Below are positions 1-11,163 of a stretch of 37,160 bases of DNA, in pieces (position 1 is the stretch's first letter; each line of letters begins with the position of its first letter). The DNA is from Octopus bimaculoides (Eukaryota), in contig NC_068988.1 of NCBI RefSeq assembly GCF_001194135.2, positions 57,469,885 through 57,507,044 on the forward strand, read 5' to 3'. Made by a program: the position numbers and the translations under genes. The notes below the pieces were generated by a model that was not told the DNA's origin, did no database searches, and saw nothing but the letters and a program-made list of their open reading frames with translations.

Positions 1-211
1 ATAAAAAAATATTCAGACAAATACATAACAAAAACACCAGGACTTACAAATATATATAACATACAGAAAATTGCACTACTGGGTACTGCACACATTCTAC
101 GCAAAACACTTTCAATACAGTAAACATAAGAGCACCACAGCAAACCACAGCACATACCCAAGGCGCACAGAGCTGCGCTCGGTAGTGAAGTGAAAGCACG
201 TTATAAAAATA

Positions 212-262
212 AAACTACTGAATAATAATAATAATAATACAATAACAACAACAACAACAACA
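212..262. repeat. (AAT)n/(AAC)n microsatellite
   Basis: Seen directly. Confidence 0.9.
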
Positions 263-284
263 AGATTTTGAGTAAATGACTGAC

Positions 285-366
285 CTGATCCAAATGCACT
301 GTCATCACCAAGTGTGACAGTGTTACGTCGGCTTACTGTGCCACTTGGTGACATCTCAGCAAGTAA
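285..366 (-). CDS. Exon of unidentified minus-strand gene (LLAEMSPSGTVSRRNTVTLGDDSAFGS), phase 0 to 1
   Basis: Acceptor ttttattgtttcag, donor CAG|GTCAGT, 82 nt open frame, in phase with exon 7359-7390. Confidence 0.75.
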
Positions 367-1976
367 CTGAAACAATAAAACAACAACTTGGTCAAGAATA
401 ATTACATTTCACACCATTCATAGAAATACCTCGTTTATGTTTTGTTTAATTGTTGAGGGGAGTTATCACTAGGTAGGAATGAAATACTTGTTGTTACATG
501 ATAGTTGCCGAGTAGATATCAAATGTTTAATCATTTTGTAACCATATTTTTAATGAAATATACAGTTTGATTTTGAATTCATTTTGGAACTTTGAACTGC
601 TCATAGAACTGGAGTGGATTTAGTAAAATAGTTGACTTATTTAATTTAGTGGTGCTTGTGATTGCTTAAAGCTAGTTTTTTCTTTAAAAATGACAGCAGG
701 GTCTGATTTGTGAAAAAATTTGCTATTATTTCTAGCAGGTCAAGCAACTACTAAGAGGTTTCCATTGGAGAAACTTTTAGATTAAATATGAAATTAAATA
801 TGAAAAATTTAAAACAGGCAGTTCTTGTATTGTGGCTATCCTGTCTTTTATTCAGACACAGTGTATTGAATGTATCCTCTTTGAAAAAAGATTTTAAGAA
901 AGATTTGGCTGCTAATTCTAGCAAGTAAAATGATTATATAAAATTTTCCATTAGGAATATATTTTTTTACATTAAATTTTGTTAGGAATTTTTAATTTAA
1001 ATATGATCCTTTAAAACAGAGAGGCTTGTAACATAGAACCAGAGGTCATCAAAGTTAAGTTGGTATTAAAACGGTTAAACCCAGACTTTATGTAGGAGTA
1101 TAAATAGCACCTGATGGTGACTGGAGAACGTACCAAACAAACTATAGTGTAAATAATTACAAAAACATACATGAGGTAAATCATTTGATAAAGTCTCATT
1201 GCCCTCAAACTTTATTGCAAACTTTATAATTTTCAGAGTTTATTTACCGAAGAACAAAAATTTGTGCTATTTCCAGATTTTTTATTCTTAAATTTCAAAA
1301 AGATAAACTTGATATATTTTTTACAAACTGGAATTCAAGTGGGAAGGATAAAATCAAAATGATGTTCATACTCCTTCTTCGGTTCTGTTTCATACATACC
1401 TTGTCCAAATGCACAATGGGGGGAAGAGAAATAAATAAAAATATTATAATACACAAAACCAAAGATTTTCAATCTTTCTTTTTAACCCATGGCTGACTGA
1501 ATAAGAGGATAAGGAGTATGACATGTTATCAGCTTCTTAAATGCTTTCTTACATAACAATTAAAATGAAACTTAAGATTGTTTTAAAATAGAAATAAAAG
1601 CATGAATCACACCTTGCCACAAAGTATGGTTGCATCAGAAAAACTCAAGTTCTCTAAATATCCTGGCATTTTTAGCAAGCCTCAAAAAGTTGCAGCATAT
1701 TTGTAGAGCACATGTGGCATACAAGTTTGCAACAGCAAAGTGGCTCATGATGTGTGATGTAGAGAGAAAAAATTATTTTCCTCCATCTACTTGATTGTTT
1801 GAATAGGGAGGCAAGGTGGAGGAGAAACAAGAAATCATGGCTGAGTTTCACAATCACCACCAAGAGATTCTGCCTGCCTACAAACAGCAAACATGTTTTT
1901 CTTATATATTATATACTATACTTCCAGCTGAGTGCTTTAATTCTTGATCAGGCCAGCAATATCATATATATGATAT

Positions 1977-2018
<42 letters not shown>

Positions 2019-2022
<4 letters not shown>

Positions 2023-2237
2023 GAGGAGAAGCTGAAAAGTTTCTGGCTTTAAGGGTATCACGAAATGCCTCGATGGAAGCCTAACCTTCTGAGTTCTTTT
2101 ACAGGGCTTAGAAAAACTGAAGGACAGCTGCAATAAATGTGTGAATCTGAAAGGGGAATATGTTGAATAAAATCATAATTAACTCATCCTCCTGTATTTT
2201 CTTTTACCCAAAGTCAGGAACATTTCAGTACCTGCTC
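2019..2237 (+). mobile_element. Mariner-derived MITE retaining the transposase C-terminus
   Basis: Imperfect TIRs gctgaaaagtttctggcttt / aaagtcaggaacatttcag; 2099-2170 reads LQGLEKLKDSCNKCVNLKGEYVE*, a mariner-type C-terminus; second copy at 24853. Confidence 0.85.
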
Positions 2238-2344
2238 AGGACACTGAACCTTATGGAGGAGATGACAAAGAAGTGAGATATCTGAGGGGGTCTTGCTTTA
2301 TTCAAGAGGACCTGTCCTCTGCAGCAGAAGTGTTGCTCCCCTGG

Positions 2345-2502
2345 CCTGCAAGAGCCCTGTGCCAGTGTCACATTAAATGCACCCAGTACATTTTGTAAAT
2401 TAGTTGGCATTAGGAAGGGCATCTGGTCTTAGAAACCAAGCCAAATCAGACTGGAACCTAGTGCAGCTCTCCAGCTTGCCAACTCAGGTCAAACCATCCA
2501 AC
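2345..2502 (+). mobile_element. SINE family D fragment
   Basis: Reverse complement of the repeat at 20115 and 25207 (ggcattaggaagggcatc...aaaccatccaac). Confidence 0.7.
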
Positions 2503-2504
2503 AA

Positions 2505-2697
2505 TCCAGAAATGAGTTGCAACGTCACAGGTACCAAGCTGTATCGGCCTTTGCCTTTCCCTTGGATAATACTTGTGGTGTGGAGAGGGGAGGCCAGTAT
2601 GCATGGGCGACTGCTGGTCTTCCATAAACAACCTTGCCTGGACTTGTGTCTCGGAGGGTAACTTTCCAGGTGCAATTCCATGGTAAGTCATGACCGA
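2505..2697 (+). mobile_element. SINE family C 3' part, truncated by an assembly gap
   Basis: Matches 21750-21935 (gcctttcccttggataa...ggtcttccataaacaaccttgcc). Confidence 0.75.
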
Positions 2698-3553
2698 NNN
2701 NNNNNNNNNNNNNNNNNNNNNNNNNNNNNNNNNNNNNNNNNNNNNNNNNNNNNNNNNNNNNNNNNNNNNNNNNNNNNNNNNNNNNNNNNNNNNNNNNNNN
2801 NNNNNNNNNNNNNNNNNNNNNNNNNNNNNNNNNNNNNNNNNNNNNNNNNNNNNNNNNNNNNNNNNNNNNNNNNNNNNNNNNNNNNNNNNNNNNNNNNNNN
2901 NNNNNNNNNNNNNNNNNNNNNNNNNNNNNNNNNNNNNNNNNNNNNNNNNNNNNNNNNNNNNNNNNNNNNNNNNNNNNNNNNNNNNNNNNNNNNNNNNNNN
3001 NNNNNNNNNNNNNNNNNNNNNNNNNNNNNNNNNNNNNNNNNNNNNNNNNNNNNNNNNNNNNNNNNNNNNNNNNNNNNNNNNNNNNNNNNNNNNNNNNNNN
3101 NNNNNNNNNNNNNNNNNNNNNNNNNNNNNNNNNNNNNNNNNNNNNNNNNNNNNNNNNNNNNNNNNNNNNNNNNNNNNNNNNNNNNNNNNNNNNNNNNNNN
3201 NNNNNNNNNNNNNNNNNNNNNNNNNNNNNNNNNNNNNNNNNNNNNNNNNNNNNNNNNNNNNNNNNNNNNNNNNNNNNNNNNNNNNNNNNNNNNNNNNNNN
3301 NNNNNNNNNNNNNNNNNNNNNNNNNNNNNNNNNNNNNNNNNNNNNNNNNNNNNNNNNNNNNNNNNNNNNNNNNNNNNNNNNNNNNNNNNNNNNNNNNNNN
3401 NNNNNNNNNNNNNNNNNNNNNNNNNNNNNNNNNNNNNNNNNNNNNNNNNNNNNNNNNNNNNNNNNNNNNNNNNNNNNNNNNNNNNNNNNNNNNNNNNNNN
3501 NNNNNNNNNNNNNNNNNNNNNNNNNNNNNNNNNNNNNNNNNNNNNNNNNNNNN
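2698..3553. other. Assembly gap (others: 8418-8806, 12288-13092, 28150-28796, 29476-30333, 31130-31408, 34600-34679)
   Basis: Runs of N, most bordered by (TA)n or (CA)n. Confidence 1.
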
Positions 3554-4038
3554 AGCAAGAGTCAGATAATTATTTTGAAATAAAGAAATTGAGTAGAAAT
3601 TTATAGCAGACTAAAATAAAGCGAAGAATATTTGGTAATATTTGTAAAAAAAAAAAAAAAAAAAAAGTGCAGGCAGATATGCAGTACCAGATTAAGGTAT
3701 AGGACTTTTTTAAGAGATTGCAGCACATGAGACTCTGTAAGGTGGAGGGTCTAAAACAGAGTGTGAAATTTCTAAAAATATTACAAGTGATAGGGGTAAG
3801 GGTGGACGTTTGGTTCACATTATCTGTAATGCAAGGGTCAACACAATCTTAATCCAGCTCTGCATGTATAAATGTTTTGAAGTCAGTGAGGTAACGTTTT
3901 CATTGGTCATTTGACTTATATAAGAGCATTTTTTAATCATGTGATTTGGAGGTCAGTTTAGACAAATCGTGTGACAAATGCATTAGATATTTGATTGGTC
4001 ACTTTCAACAGGTTGTTGTTGTCATTATTAAGCCACAG

Positions 4039-4625
4039 GTAGGTGGCGAGCTGACAGAATCATTAGTGTGCTGGACACAATGCTTAGCGGTATTTTGCTC
4101 GTCACTGCGTTCTGAGTTCAATTTGCCTTTCATCCTTTCAGGGTCGATAAATTAAGTACCAGTGAAACACTGGGGTCGATATAATTGATGAGTCCCCACC
4201 CCACAAATCTGAGGCCTTGTGCCTCCAGTAGAAAGAATTATTAAGCCACAGATAAAAGGTGGTGAGATGGCAGAATCATTAGCATGGGGGACAAACTGCT
4301 TAGCGGCATTTCATCTATCTTTATGTTCTGAGTTCAAATTCCACCGAGGTTGATTTTGCCTTTCATCTCTTGGGATCAATTAAATAATTACCAATGGAAA
4401 GCTGGGGGTCAATGTAATTGACTAGCCCCCTCCCCAAAATTTCAGGTCTTGTGCCTATAGCAGAAAGGATTATTTAGCCACAGGTATAAGGCGGAAAACC
4501 AAAGTCAACTTTGCCTTTCATCCATAAAAGGGTTGATAAAATGGTTACCAGGTGAGCACTGGGTTGATATAATTGGCTGTCCTCCTCCACCAAAATTTCA
4601 GGCCTTGTGCTAATAGTAGAAAGGA
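4039..4625 (+). mobile_element. Three head-to-tail SINE family B copies (4039-4237, 4252-4469, 4484-4625)
   Basis: Each has ttgcctttcatc...gataaa...tacca...ctggggtcgat...ggccttgtgc...gaaaggattatt; separated by TTATTAAGCCACAG. Confidence 0.85.
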
Positions 4626-4981
4626 TTATTAAGCCACAAGTCAGAACTGATTCAGAAGACTTGGACCATCAAGCTTTTTTTCAGCTATGGTGTATCTAGG
4701 AGTACATTATTCTACTCTAGACACAAAACTCAAAATTTTGGAGGAGGAGGCCAGTCAATTAGATTGACCCCAGTATGCAACTGGAATATTGACAACCAAT
4801 AACTAGTCACTATCAGATCATATCTGCCCACCCCTCTCTGACACAGTCTAAGTGTTAGAATGCATGAACACAGTCTAAGGTTCATCCATGCTGAAACCTT
4901 AAACTGTGTCAGTCTAAGGTTTAGGCCCTGACAATGTACTCCCTTATCAGTCAGTGTTTTATAGAGATAGGAGAAAACTTC

Positions 4982-5200
4982 ATAATCCTTTCTACCATGG
5001 GCATGAGGCCTGAAATTTTGGGGGAGGGGTTAAGTTGATTACATCGACCCCAGTACTCAACTGGTACTTAACTTACCAACCCCGAGAGGATGAAAGGCAA
5101 AGTCAATCTTGACAGAATTTGAACTCAGAACATAGCAATAGACGAAATACCGCTAAGTATTTCGTCCAGCATGCAAGCAATTCTGCCATCTCGCTGCCTT
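4982..5200 (-). mobile_element. SINE family B full copy
   Basis: Reverse complement of 4252-4469. Confidence 0.85.
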
Positions 5201-5294
5201 GAGATAACTTTATAATGTTACATGATTTTATTCCTTAGGGAATGTTATGGCAGAGGTATTTGCCATGATGTAATAGTAAGCATCAGCTTAGTGA

Positions 5295-5825
5295 CATAAT
5301 GTTGTTACATGCGATGAGATGTTACTCTTCTCTTGAACAGACAGTGCCATTGCACATGAGGTGAAGACCTTTTGAATAATGTACTCCTTGATACACTATG
5401 GCTGAAAACATCATAACATCATATTGTCATGTGAAGTGATTTTACTCTTCAACCAGTGCAACAGGGTTGTCATGAGATATGATGGTACACATCAGTTTGT
5501 GATGCAACACTGTCACATATATGTGACATGACTCGTCAGTTAGCAACATGGTGTTGTTGAGTGAGATGAGATGCTACCCCTCAATGAAACTGTTGTCACA
5601 TGATTTGTGATGTCACTCTTCAGTCAGTTGGACTGTGTTACATGAGGTGATGTTACACATCAGAGACACAATGGTGTCACATAAGATGTGAGGTTACACA
5701 ATGCTGTCATGTGTGATGTTGCTCCTCTGTCAATGAAAACGTGTTGTCTGTCACATTAGGTGTTACACCTCAGTTTGACACAATATTGTCACATGATGTG
5801 ATGTTACATGTTGATCAATATTTCA
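5295..5825. repeat. Highly degenerate ~40-bp minisatellite (tgtcacatgaNNtgatgttac core)
   Basis: More than 10 recurrences of gtcacatga/gttacatga...gatgttac variants. Confidence 0.6.
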
Positions 5826-5897
5826 CATGGGACAGTTTTGTCAGTTGAAAAAAACAAAATTGCCTTTTAAAACATACTGAGACTCAGCAAAGCGAAA

Positions 5898-5905
5898 TGA
5901 AAAGA

Positions 5906-5994
<89 letters not shown>

Positions 5995-6045
5995 TAATAA
6001 TAATAATATAATGATGATGATGATGATAATGAAGATGATAATAAT
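5898..6045. repeat. (AAT)n then (GAT)n microsatellite
   Basis: Seen directly; source of the poly-N and poly-L ORFs. Confidence 0.95.
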
Positions 6046-6618
6046 CGCAGCCATGTTGTATTTTTTTTTAATCATTAATTTTTTAAGCTATAAAAAGGAA
6101 ATAACCAAAAAATAGAATAGCAGGAAAGAATATTTTGTATTTCACAAGAATTAAACATTCTCATTGTCTAAGAGTTGGATAAAAAGAAAGATGGTATAAT
6201 ATATAGGCAACCATGAGGAAGAGAAAGAGATGCCACATTCCATCTTAAGTACAACATAGAACGGAAGTTGTTAATTCCTACGGTTTGTTTACCTGTTTGT
6301 CTGTCATTGTTTCATCTGTTATCCTATTATTTCCAGTCAAAACTATAATGATAGCCATTTTGGCAGCTGAAGGTGGGGGCGTATATATTTGATGTTATTG
6401 TTAACTGTGAACCTTTTGTATCATGTGTTTTTGTGGTTCTAATTTGTCCTTCATTGAAATTCTTATTGCTGCAGAGTTAAACTTATTTAAGGATACTTGG
6501 TTAACGGTGGTTTTGTTAAATATATTTCCCCGTATACTGATAATGCATGGTTGTCTTTTCCTTAGGATTCTAATTCTAGTAAGGGCTGTTTAGGGGTTTC
6601 TAGTTCATGGAGCTTTGT

Positions 6619-6664
<46 letters not shown>

Positions 6665-6717
6665 ACTAAATCGCTAAAGTTTTTTTTTATTCTCTCTCTA
6701 TTTATTTCCTCATATTC

Positions 6718-6753
6718 CTTTCTGTTGAAGAGCGTAGGCTCGAAACGTAAAAG
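6718..6753 (+). ncRNA. Variant minimal type-I hammerhead motif in a Penelope-like terminal repeat (~6660-6835)
   Basis: CTTT-CTGTTGA-A-GAGC(GTAG)GCTC-GAA-ACGT-A-AAAG: stem I 4 bp, stem II 4 bp, palindromic stem III; A6 replaced by U. Confidence 0.55.
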
Positions 6754-6844
6754 ACTTTCTCACTTTCCCAAGTGTCAAACTAATACACCTGCTTGTTGTT
6801 CATACACCTGTCTTCATTTTTATTTTTCTGTAAATTTGGCATCA

Positions 6845-6985
6845 GTAATGTCACATCTCATTTGTACAACTGAGTGAACTGGAGCAAAGTGAAATAAAAT
6901 GTCTTGCTCAACAATACACAGCCCAGTTCAAGAACTGAACTCACTACCTCATGATTGTCATCCCAATGCTCTAATCGCTGAGCCT
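6845..6985 (-). mobile_element. Degraded CORE-like SINE head
   Basis: gagtgaactggagcaaagtgaaataaaatgtcttgctcaa is the reverse complement of the family C CORE block. Confidence 0.6.
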
Positions 6986-7358
6986 CAAATTGTTTCGAAT
7001 TTACTATGCATTACCTCATGGTTTCAAACTGTCAATGAGGTGATTGTTTGGCTGGTTTGAACATAGAACTGGTAGAATATTTGGGCTGGAAATCGCCAAT
7101 TTAAATACTAAAGGATTAAAAAAAAAAAAAAAGATGGGAGGCTAGCGGTTGGAATGCTTCTTATGATCATTGATCTGCTCGATTAGGACTGATTTGCTGT
7201 CAAACAACAAAACCTTTCAGATTATTTTTGACCTTGAGAAAAAGATAATGTAGCATGGTGTAAACTGCTCAGTACACTTTGTAATTCCTAACAGCCTGAT
7301 AGTAATGTAGATAAAGCTTCAGGTAGGTAATGATGGTAATATGTACACATACATGTAC

Positions 7359-7390
7359 CTGGGGTGTTTCACTGGTGCTTGGTGGAGAAA
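7359..7390 (-). CDS. 32-nt micro-exon (V)SPPSTSETPQ, phase 1 to 0
   Basis: Acceptor tgttgcttttactgcag, donor CAG|GTACAT; phases match both neighbouring exons. Confidence 0.6.
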
Positions 7391-7525
7391 CTGCAGTAAA
7401 AGCAACACAGTTGTTGTAAAGACTGACATTAAAAAGAAAAACTGGTTCTCTGAAGCCACAGGACTAGTCATTAGTTTAATAATCTCTTTTGCTTTGACCA
7501 AATCTTCACATAAAAAAAAAATGTA

Positions 7526-7772
7526 AGGTAAAGTTTCCTTCCTGAGTGATGCCAACTCATAGGGCCAGCTTCCCGATGCATATATATCCCCCACCTGGAG
7601 AGGATGCTGGCCCATCACAGGATTACTCATTTTTGCGAGCTGAGTGGAGTGGAGCAACGTGAAATAAAGTGTTTTGCTCAAGAACACAACGCATCGCTTG
7701 GTCCAGGAATTGAAACCACAATCTTATGATAATGAGTCTAACTTCCTAACCACTAAGCCACACACTTCCACT
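7526..7772 (-). mobile_element. CORE-like SINE (family C-related)
   Basis: Reverse complement of 18207-18485; same head and CORE-like block. Confidence 0.8.
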
Positions 7773-8300
7773 AAATTCTTCATATGGAGTGTAGTAACTT
7801 ACTTTGGTGGCACTGATCTTACTATGGCTCTGCTGTCGCATGTCACAGTGATCTCAATGTAGCAAAGATGGGTCTAGATGCGGATATGCTAAGGTTCTTG
7901 TTTAAAGAAGTTTTAAATCAGGCTAAAATAATTTTTGTTCATAACGTTGATGGAGGGGAAATACATATTTTTTTTGTAATATGTAAAACAAAAAAAGAAA
8001 TAAGGAAAGAAAAACCTCTTTTCCTGTTCCTTTTAAAGGTAGATGTTAGAGAGATAACACGTGTAATTATGGATGAGAAACTTATCAAGTTTAAACAGAA
8101 CGCACCATATGTACGAGTGTGTGTAGAGATTTAGTAATTTACAACTTCATTACAATAGCATGCGTGAGTGTGTGTGTGTGTGTGTGAATTTTATAATGAA
8201 TGAAAGTAAAAATACTCAATATGTACACATATGAGGAGGAGTATATATGAGTGTGTACATACGTATGTGGATGTATAAATATATACATATACATACATAT

Positions 8301-8335
<35 letters not shown>

Positions 8336-8378
8336 CATACACACACTCACACACATACATATGTACACTTATACATAA

Positions 8379-8417
<39 letters not shown>

Positions 8418-8806
8418 NNNNNNNNNNNNNNNNNNNNNNNNNNNNNNNNNNNNNNNNNNNNNNNNNNNNNNNNNNNNNNNNNNNNNNNNNNNNNNNNNNN
8501 NNNNNNNNNNNNNNNNNNNNNNNNNNNNNNNNNNNNNNNNNNNNNNNNNNNNNNNNNNNNNNNNNNNNNNNNNNNNNNNNNNNNNNNNNNNNNNNNNNNN
8601 NNNNNNNNNNNNNNNNNNNNNNNNNNNNNNNNNNNNNNNNNNNNNNNNNNNNNNNNNNNNNNNNNNNNNNNNNNNNNNNNNNNNNNNNNNNNNNNNNNNN
8701 NNNNNNNNNNNNNNNNNNNNNNNNNNNNNNNNNNNNNNNNNNNNNNNNNNNNNNNNNNNNNNNNNNNNNNNNNNNNNNNNNNNNNNNNNNNNNNNNNNNN
8801 NNNNNN

Positions 8807-8838
<32 letters not shown>

Positions 8839-9053
8839 TGCATACATATACACGTACACACATAATGTGCATGTAGAACCTATTAGTTAAGGGAAAATAT
8901 AACTTCCTTTACGGCAATCTTATTTTAAGATATCTAGATCGTACGGCTGTTTGTTTTTAAGGGATATTTCAATGATATAATTGCTGTATGTATTTTTATA
9001 TCTTACAGCAGGCAGAAAGTTATTAAAAGCACTGCATGATGGGTAAATATTAC

Positions 9054-9101
9054 CTGACTCATATATTTTGATATTATATTCTTCATTCCTCTCCCTGCCT
9101 C
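9054..9101 (-). CDS. 48-nt exon (R)GRERNEEYNIKIYES, phase 1 to 1
   Basis: Acceptor aatgtacttttag, donor CAG|GTAATA; lies inside ORF 8920..9132. Confidence 0.65.
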
Positions 9102-9590
9102 CTAAAAGTACATTATAACTGAGGTCTGTCATTGGAAAGTTAAGCTAAACCCTACCTTTACCTTACCACCAATAATTAATATTTTCTCAGTATCTGAGGG
9201 AAATTTGACTGCTATTTCTAGCAAGTCAAATGACTACATAGAAATTCTTTTGTTGGCTTGATGTGTAATATTTTGTTTTATAGTTGAAATACCTGGTGAA
9301 AGCAGCATAATGGTTTTTTTATACTGATGGTAAGCCCCCAGCAAACAAAGTTAGCAATAAAGGTTCAATTCCATGTTCAGCAATTCTTTTAATCTCACTT
9401 TTAGTAACTGTTGCTCTATCCTGAGAATAACTCTACTGAATAAAGGAGCCATTACATGGTAGTTCACTTTGCTAGAAATAGCAGTCAAATTTACCCCAAC
9501 CACAGCCTAACATTTTTTCAAAACAAAAGAAGAAAAAAGGATTCATTGAATTATTTAGTCTTAGATGAGTTGGTCAGATTTGGAGTGCCT

Positions 9591-9665
9591 TTGCTCAATC
9601 AAAATTTGCTCAATCAAAATTTGCTCAATCAAAATTTGCTCAATCAAAATTTGCTCAATCAAAAT
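9591..9665. repeat. Five perfect copies of 15-bp TTGCTCAATCAAAAT
   Basis: Seen directly; source of the (LNQNL)n ORF. Confidence 0.95.
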
Positions 9666-10090
9666 AGTAAAAACAAGAATCCCAGACACAACATGAAAAG
9701 GAACCTTTAATGGTGTCCCAATGATCCTTTGAGGATAAGACATTTTCATCCCTAAATAACCTGACATTTAGAATACTGTAGATGGGGTTTTTTTGCTTCA
9801 TAGATGACACATAGGGAAATTTTAGCAGGGAACACTTAATATCATGGGAGCAGGGATCATTTCAAGTAGGCTGGTACATATAAATTCTAAAATGTCAGAA
9901 TACCCATAGAAAATAGTAATGAGGGGTTGATAAGAATGGGAACTGAACTTTACTGAGATCTAAACCCCAGAACTTTTGTGAGATGACAAATATTCAGGAC
10001 ACTTTTATATTAATTACACTTTTAGGACTAATTAGATATCTAAGGTTAAAGAGATGTTCCACCCTTTATTTATTTATTTATTTATTTATT

Positions 10091-10246
10091 GGTATGAGAA
10101 GCTTGCTTTGCAATCATGTGATTTTGGGTTCAGTCCCAGTGTGTGGCACCTTGGGCAAGTGTCTTCTACTACAGTCCTGAGCAAACCAATGCCTTGTGAG
10201 TGAATTTGGTGGGTGGAAACTGTATGGAAGCATATTGTATATATGC

Positions 10247-10291
<45 letters not shown>

Positions 10292-10505
10292 AGTGTGTGT
10301 ATCTTTTTGGCAGTGTTTGTTCTCACCACTACCAGTGTTGATGTGTTTACATCCCTGTAACTTAGTGGTTTAGCAAAAAAGACTGATAGAATAAGTACCC
10401 AACTTTTAAAAATAAGTGCTGGGGTTGATTTGTTCAACTAAACCTTTCAATGCAGTGCTCCAGCATGGTCAAAATCCAATGACTGAAACAAGTAAAAAGA
10501 TAAAA
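10091..10505 (+). mobile_element. Bipartite SINE family A with internal (GT)n
   Basis: Head gggttcagtccca...caccttgggcaagtgtcttctact; tail ctggggttgattt...gctccagcatgg...gactgaaacaagtaaaaag. Confidence 0.85.
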
Positions 10506-11163
10506 AGGTAAAACATACATGAATGGTTTAGACAGAACAGGAAGGGACATGCCCATAACTTTCTCAGGAACTCGGAGTCTAGGAAGAGGCAAAGGTGGAG
10601 TTGTCCTCAAACCAGTAGCCAGACCAAAATACCATCAACCTATTGGGTACTACTAAAAGGTAGCCAAGGGCCAGGTGATAATAGCATTAAACTGGATGAC
10701 GGATTAAATCTACTGGTCAAGACCAGGAAGAGTTGAAGAACAGGCATGGTTTATCTGGTTGGATTACACAGTTTCCATGTTTAAAATTTTGCTCACAAGG
10801 CTTTGGTCAATCCAAGGTTATTGTAGACAACGCAAAACACTCACCCCATGGTGCCATGCAATGAGATCAAACATGAGTGTACATTGTATCTTAACAACAA
10901 CCATTGAAAAAATATTTGATATTTACATTGCTTGTTAGAAATACTAAAGATTAGCTGTTCTAATTTACAGAACCCTGGCAACAACGCCAATTCCCCACTA
11001 CCTCTCACTTTTCCTCATACTCAAAGAGCAAGGGTTTGAGATACCTAATTCTTTATTTGTCATGGCAACTGAACTTATTAAACCCTGTTATGAACTAAAT
11101 GCTTCAGACACAGACCATAACCTGATAAGTAAAGATAAGATTGTTTAAGTAACCAGAATATAC

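Noticed and set aside
1330-1400. Minus-strand GMYETEPKKEYEHHFDFILPT* as an alternative terminal exon
   Set aside because: Weak acceptor, lies upstream of a better exon, and is not in phase with exon 7359.
2458-3606. Long ORFs (150-366 aa) full of X, here and at the other gaps
   Set aside because: Artefacts of translating N-runs.
3741-3891. Plus-strand 50-codon open stretch ending at GAG|GTAACG
   Set aside because: No pyrimidine-rich acceptor, no recognisable motif, no partner exons.
4839-4919. Short CAGTCTAAG motif three times plus a 15-bp inverted repeat
   Set aside because: Too short and isolated to separate from a decayed micro-duplication.
5884-6115. Poly-Asn/poly-Leu ORFs, and YI/HT/CV-repeat ORFs elsewhere
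   Set aside because: Translations of microsatellites.
6280-6621. Possible decayed retroelement ORF on the minus strand next to the hammerhead repeat
   Set aside because: Protein-like composition, but several stops and no motif I can identify.
9009-9042. Plus-strand mini-exon GRKLLKALHDG
   Set aside because: Good-looking splice sites, but too short and with no linked exons; chance is likely.
9591-9665. CRISPR-like or iteron-like array
   Set aside because: No spacers, eukaryotic context, no cas genes.
9456-9767. ORFs with LNQNL/EQILI repeats
   Set aside because: Produced by the 15-bp VNTR; no splice or flanking coding support.
10520-10579. 60-nt symmetric minus-strand exon candidate (ttcctag...CAT|GTATGT)
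   Set aside because: Its only phase-compatible reading between 11164 and 9101 (SEFLRKLWACPFLFCLNHS) is unconvincing and not needed; it would require RNA-seq.
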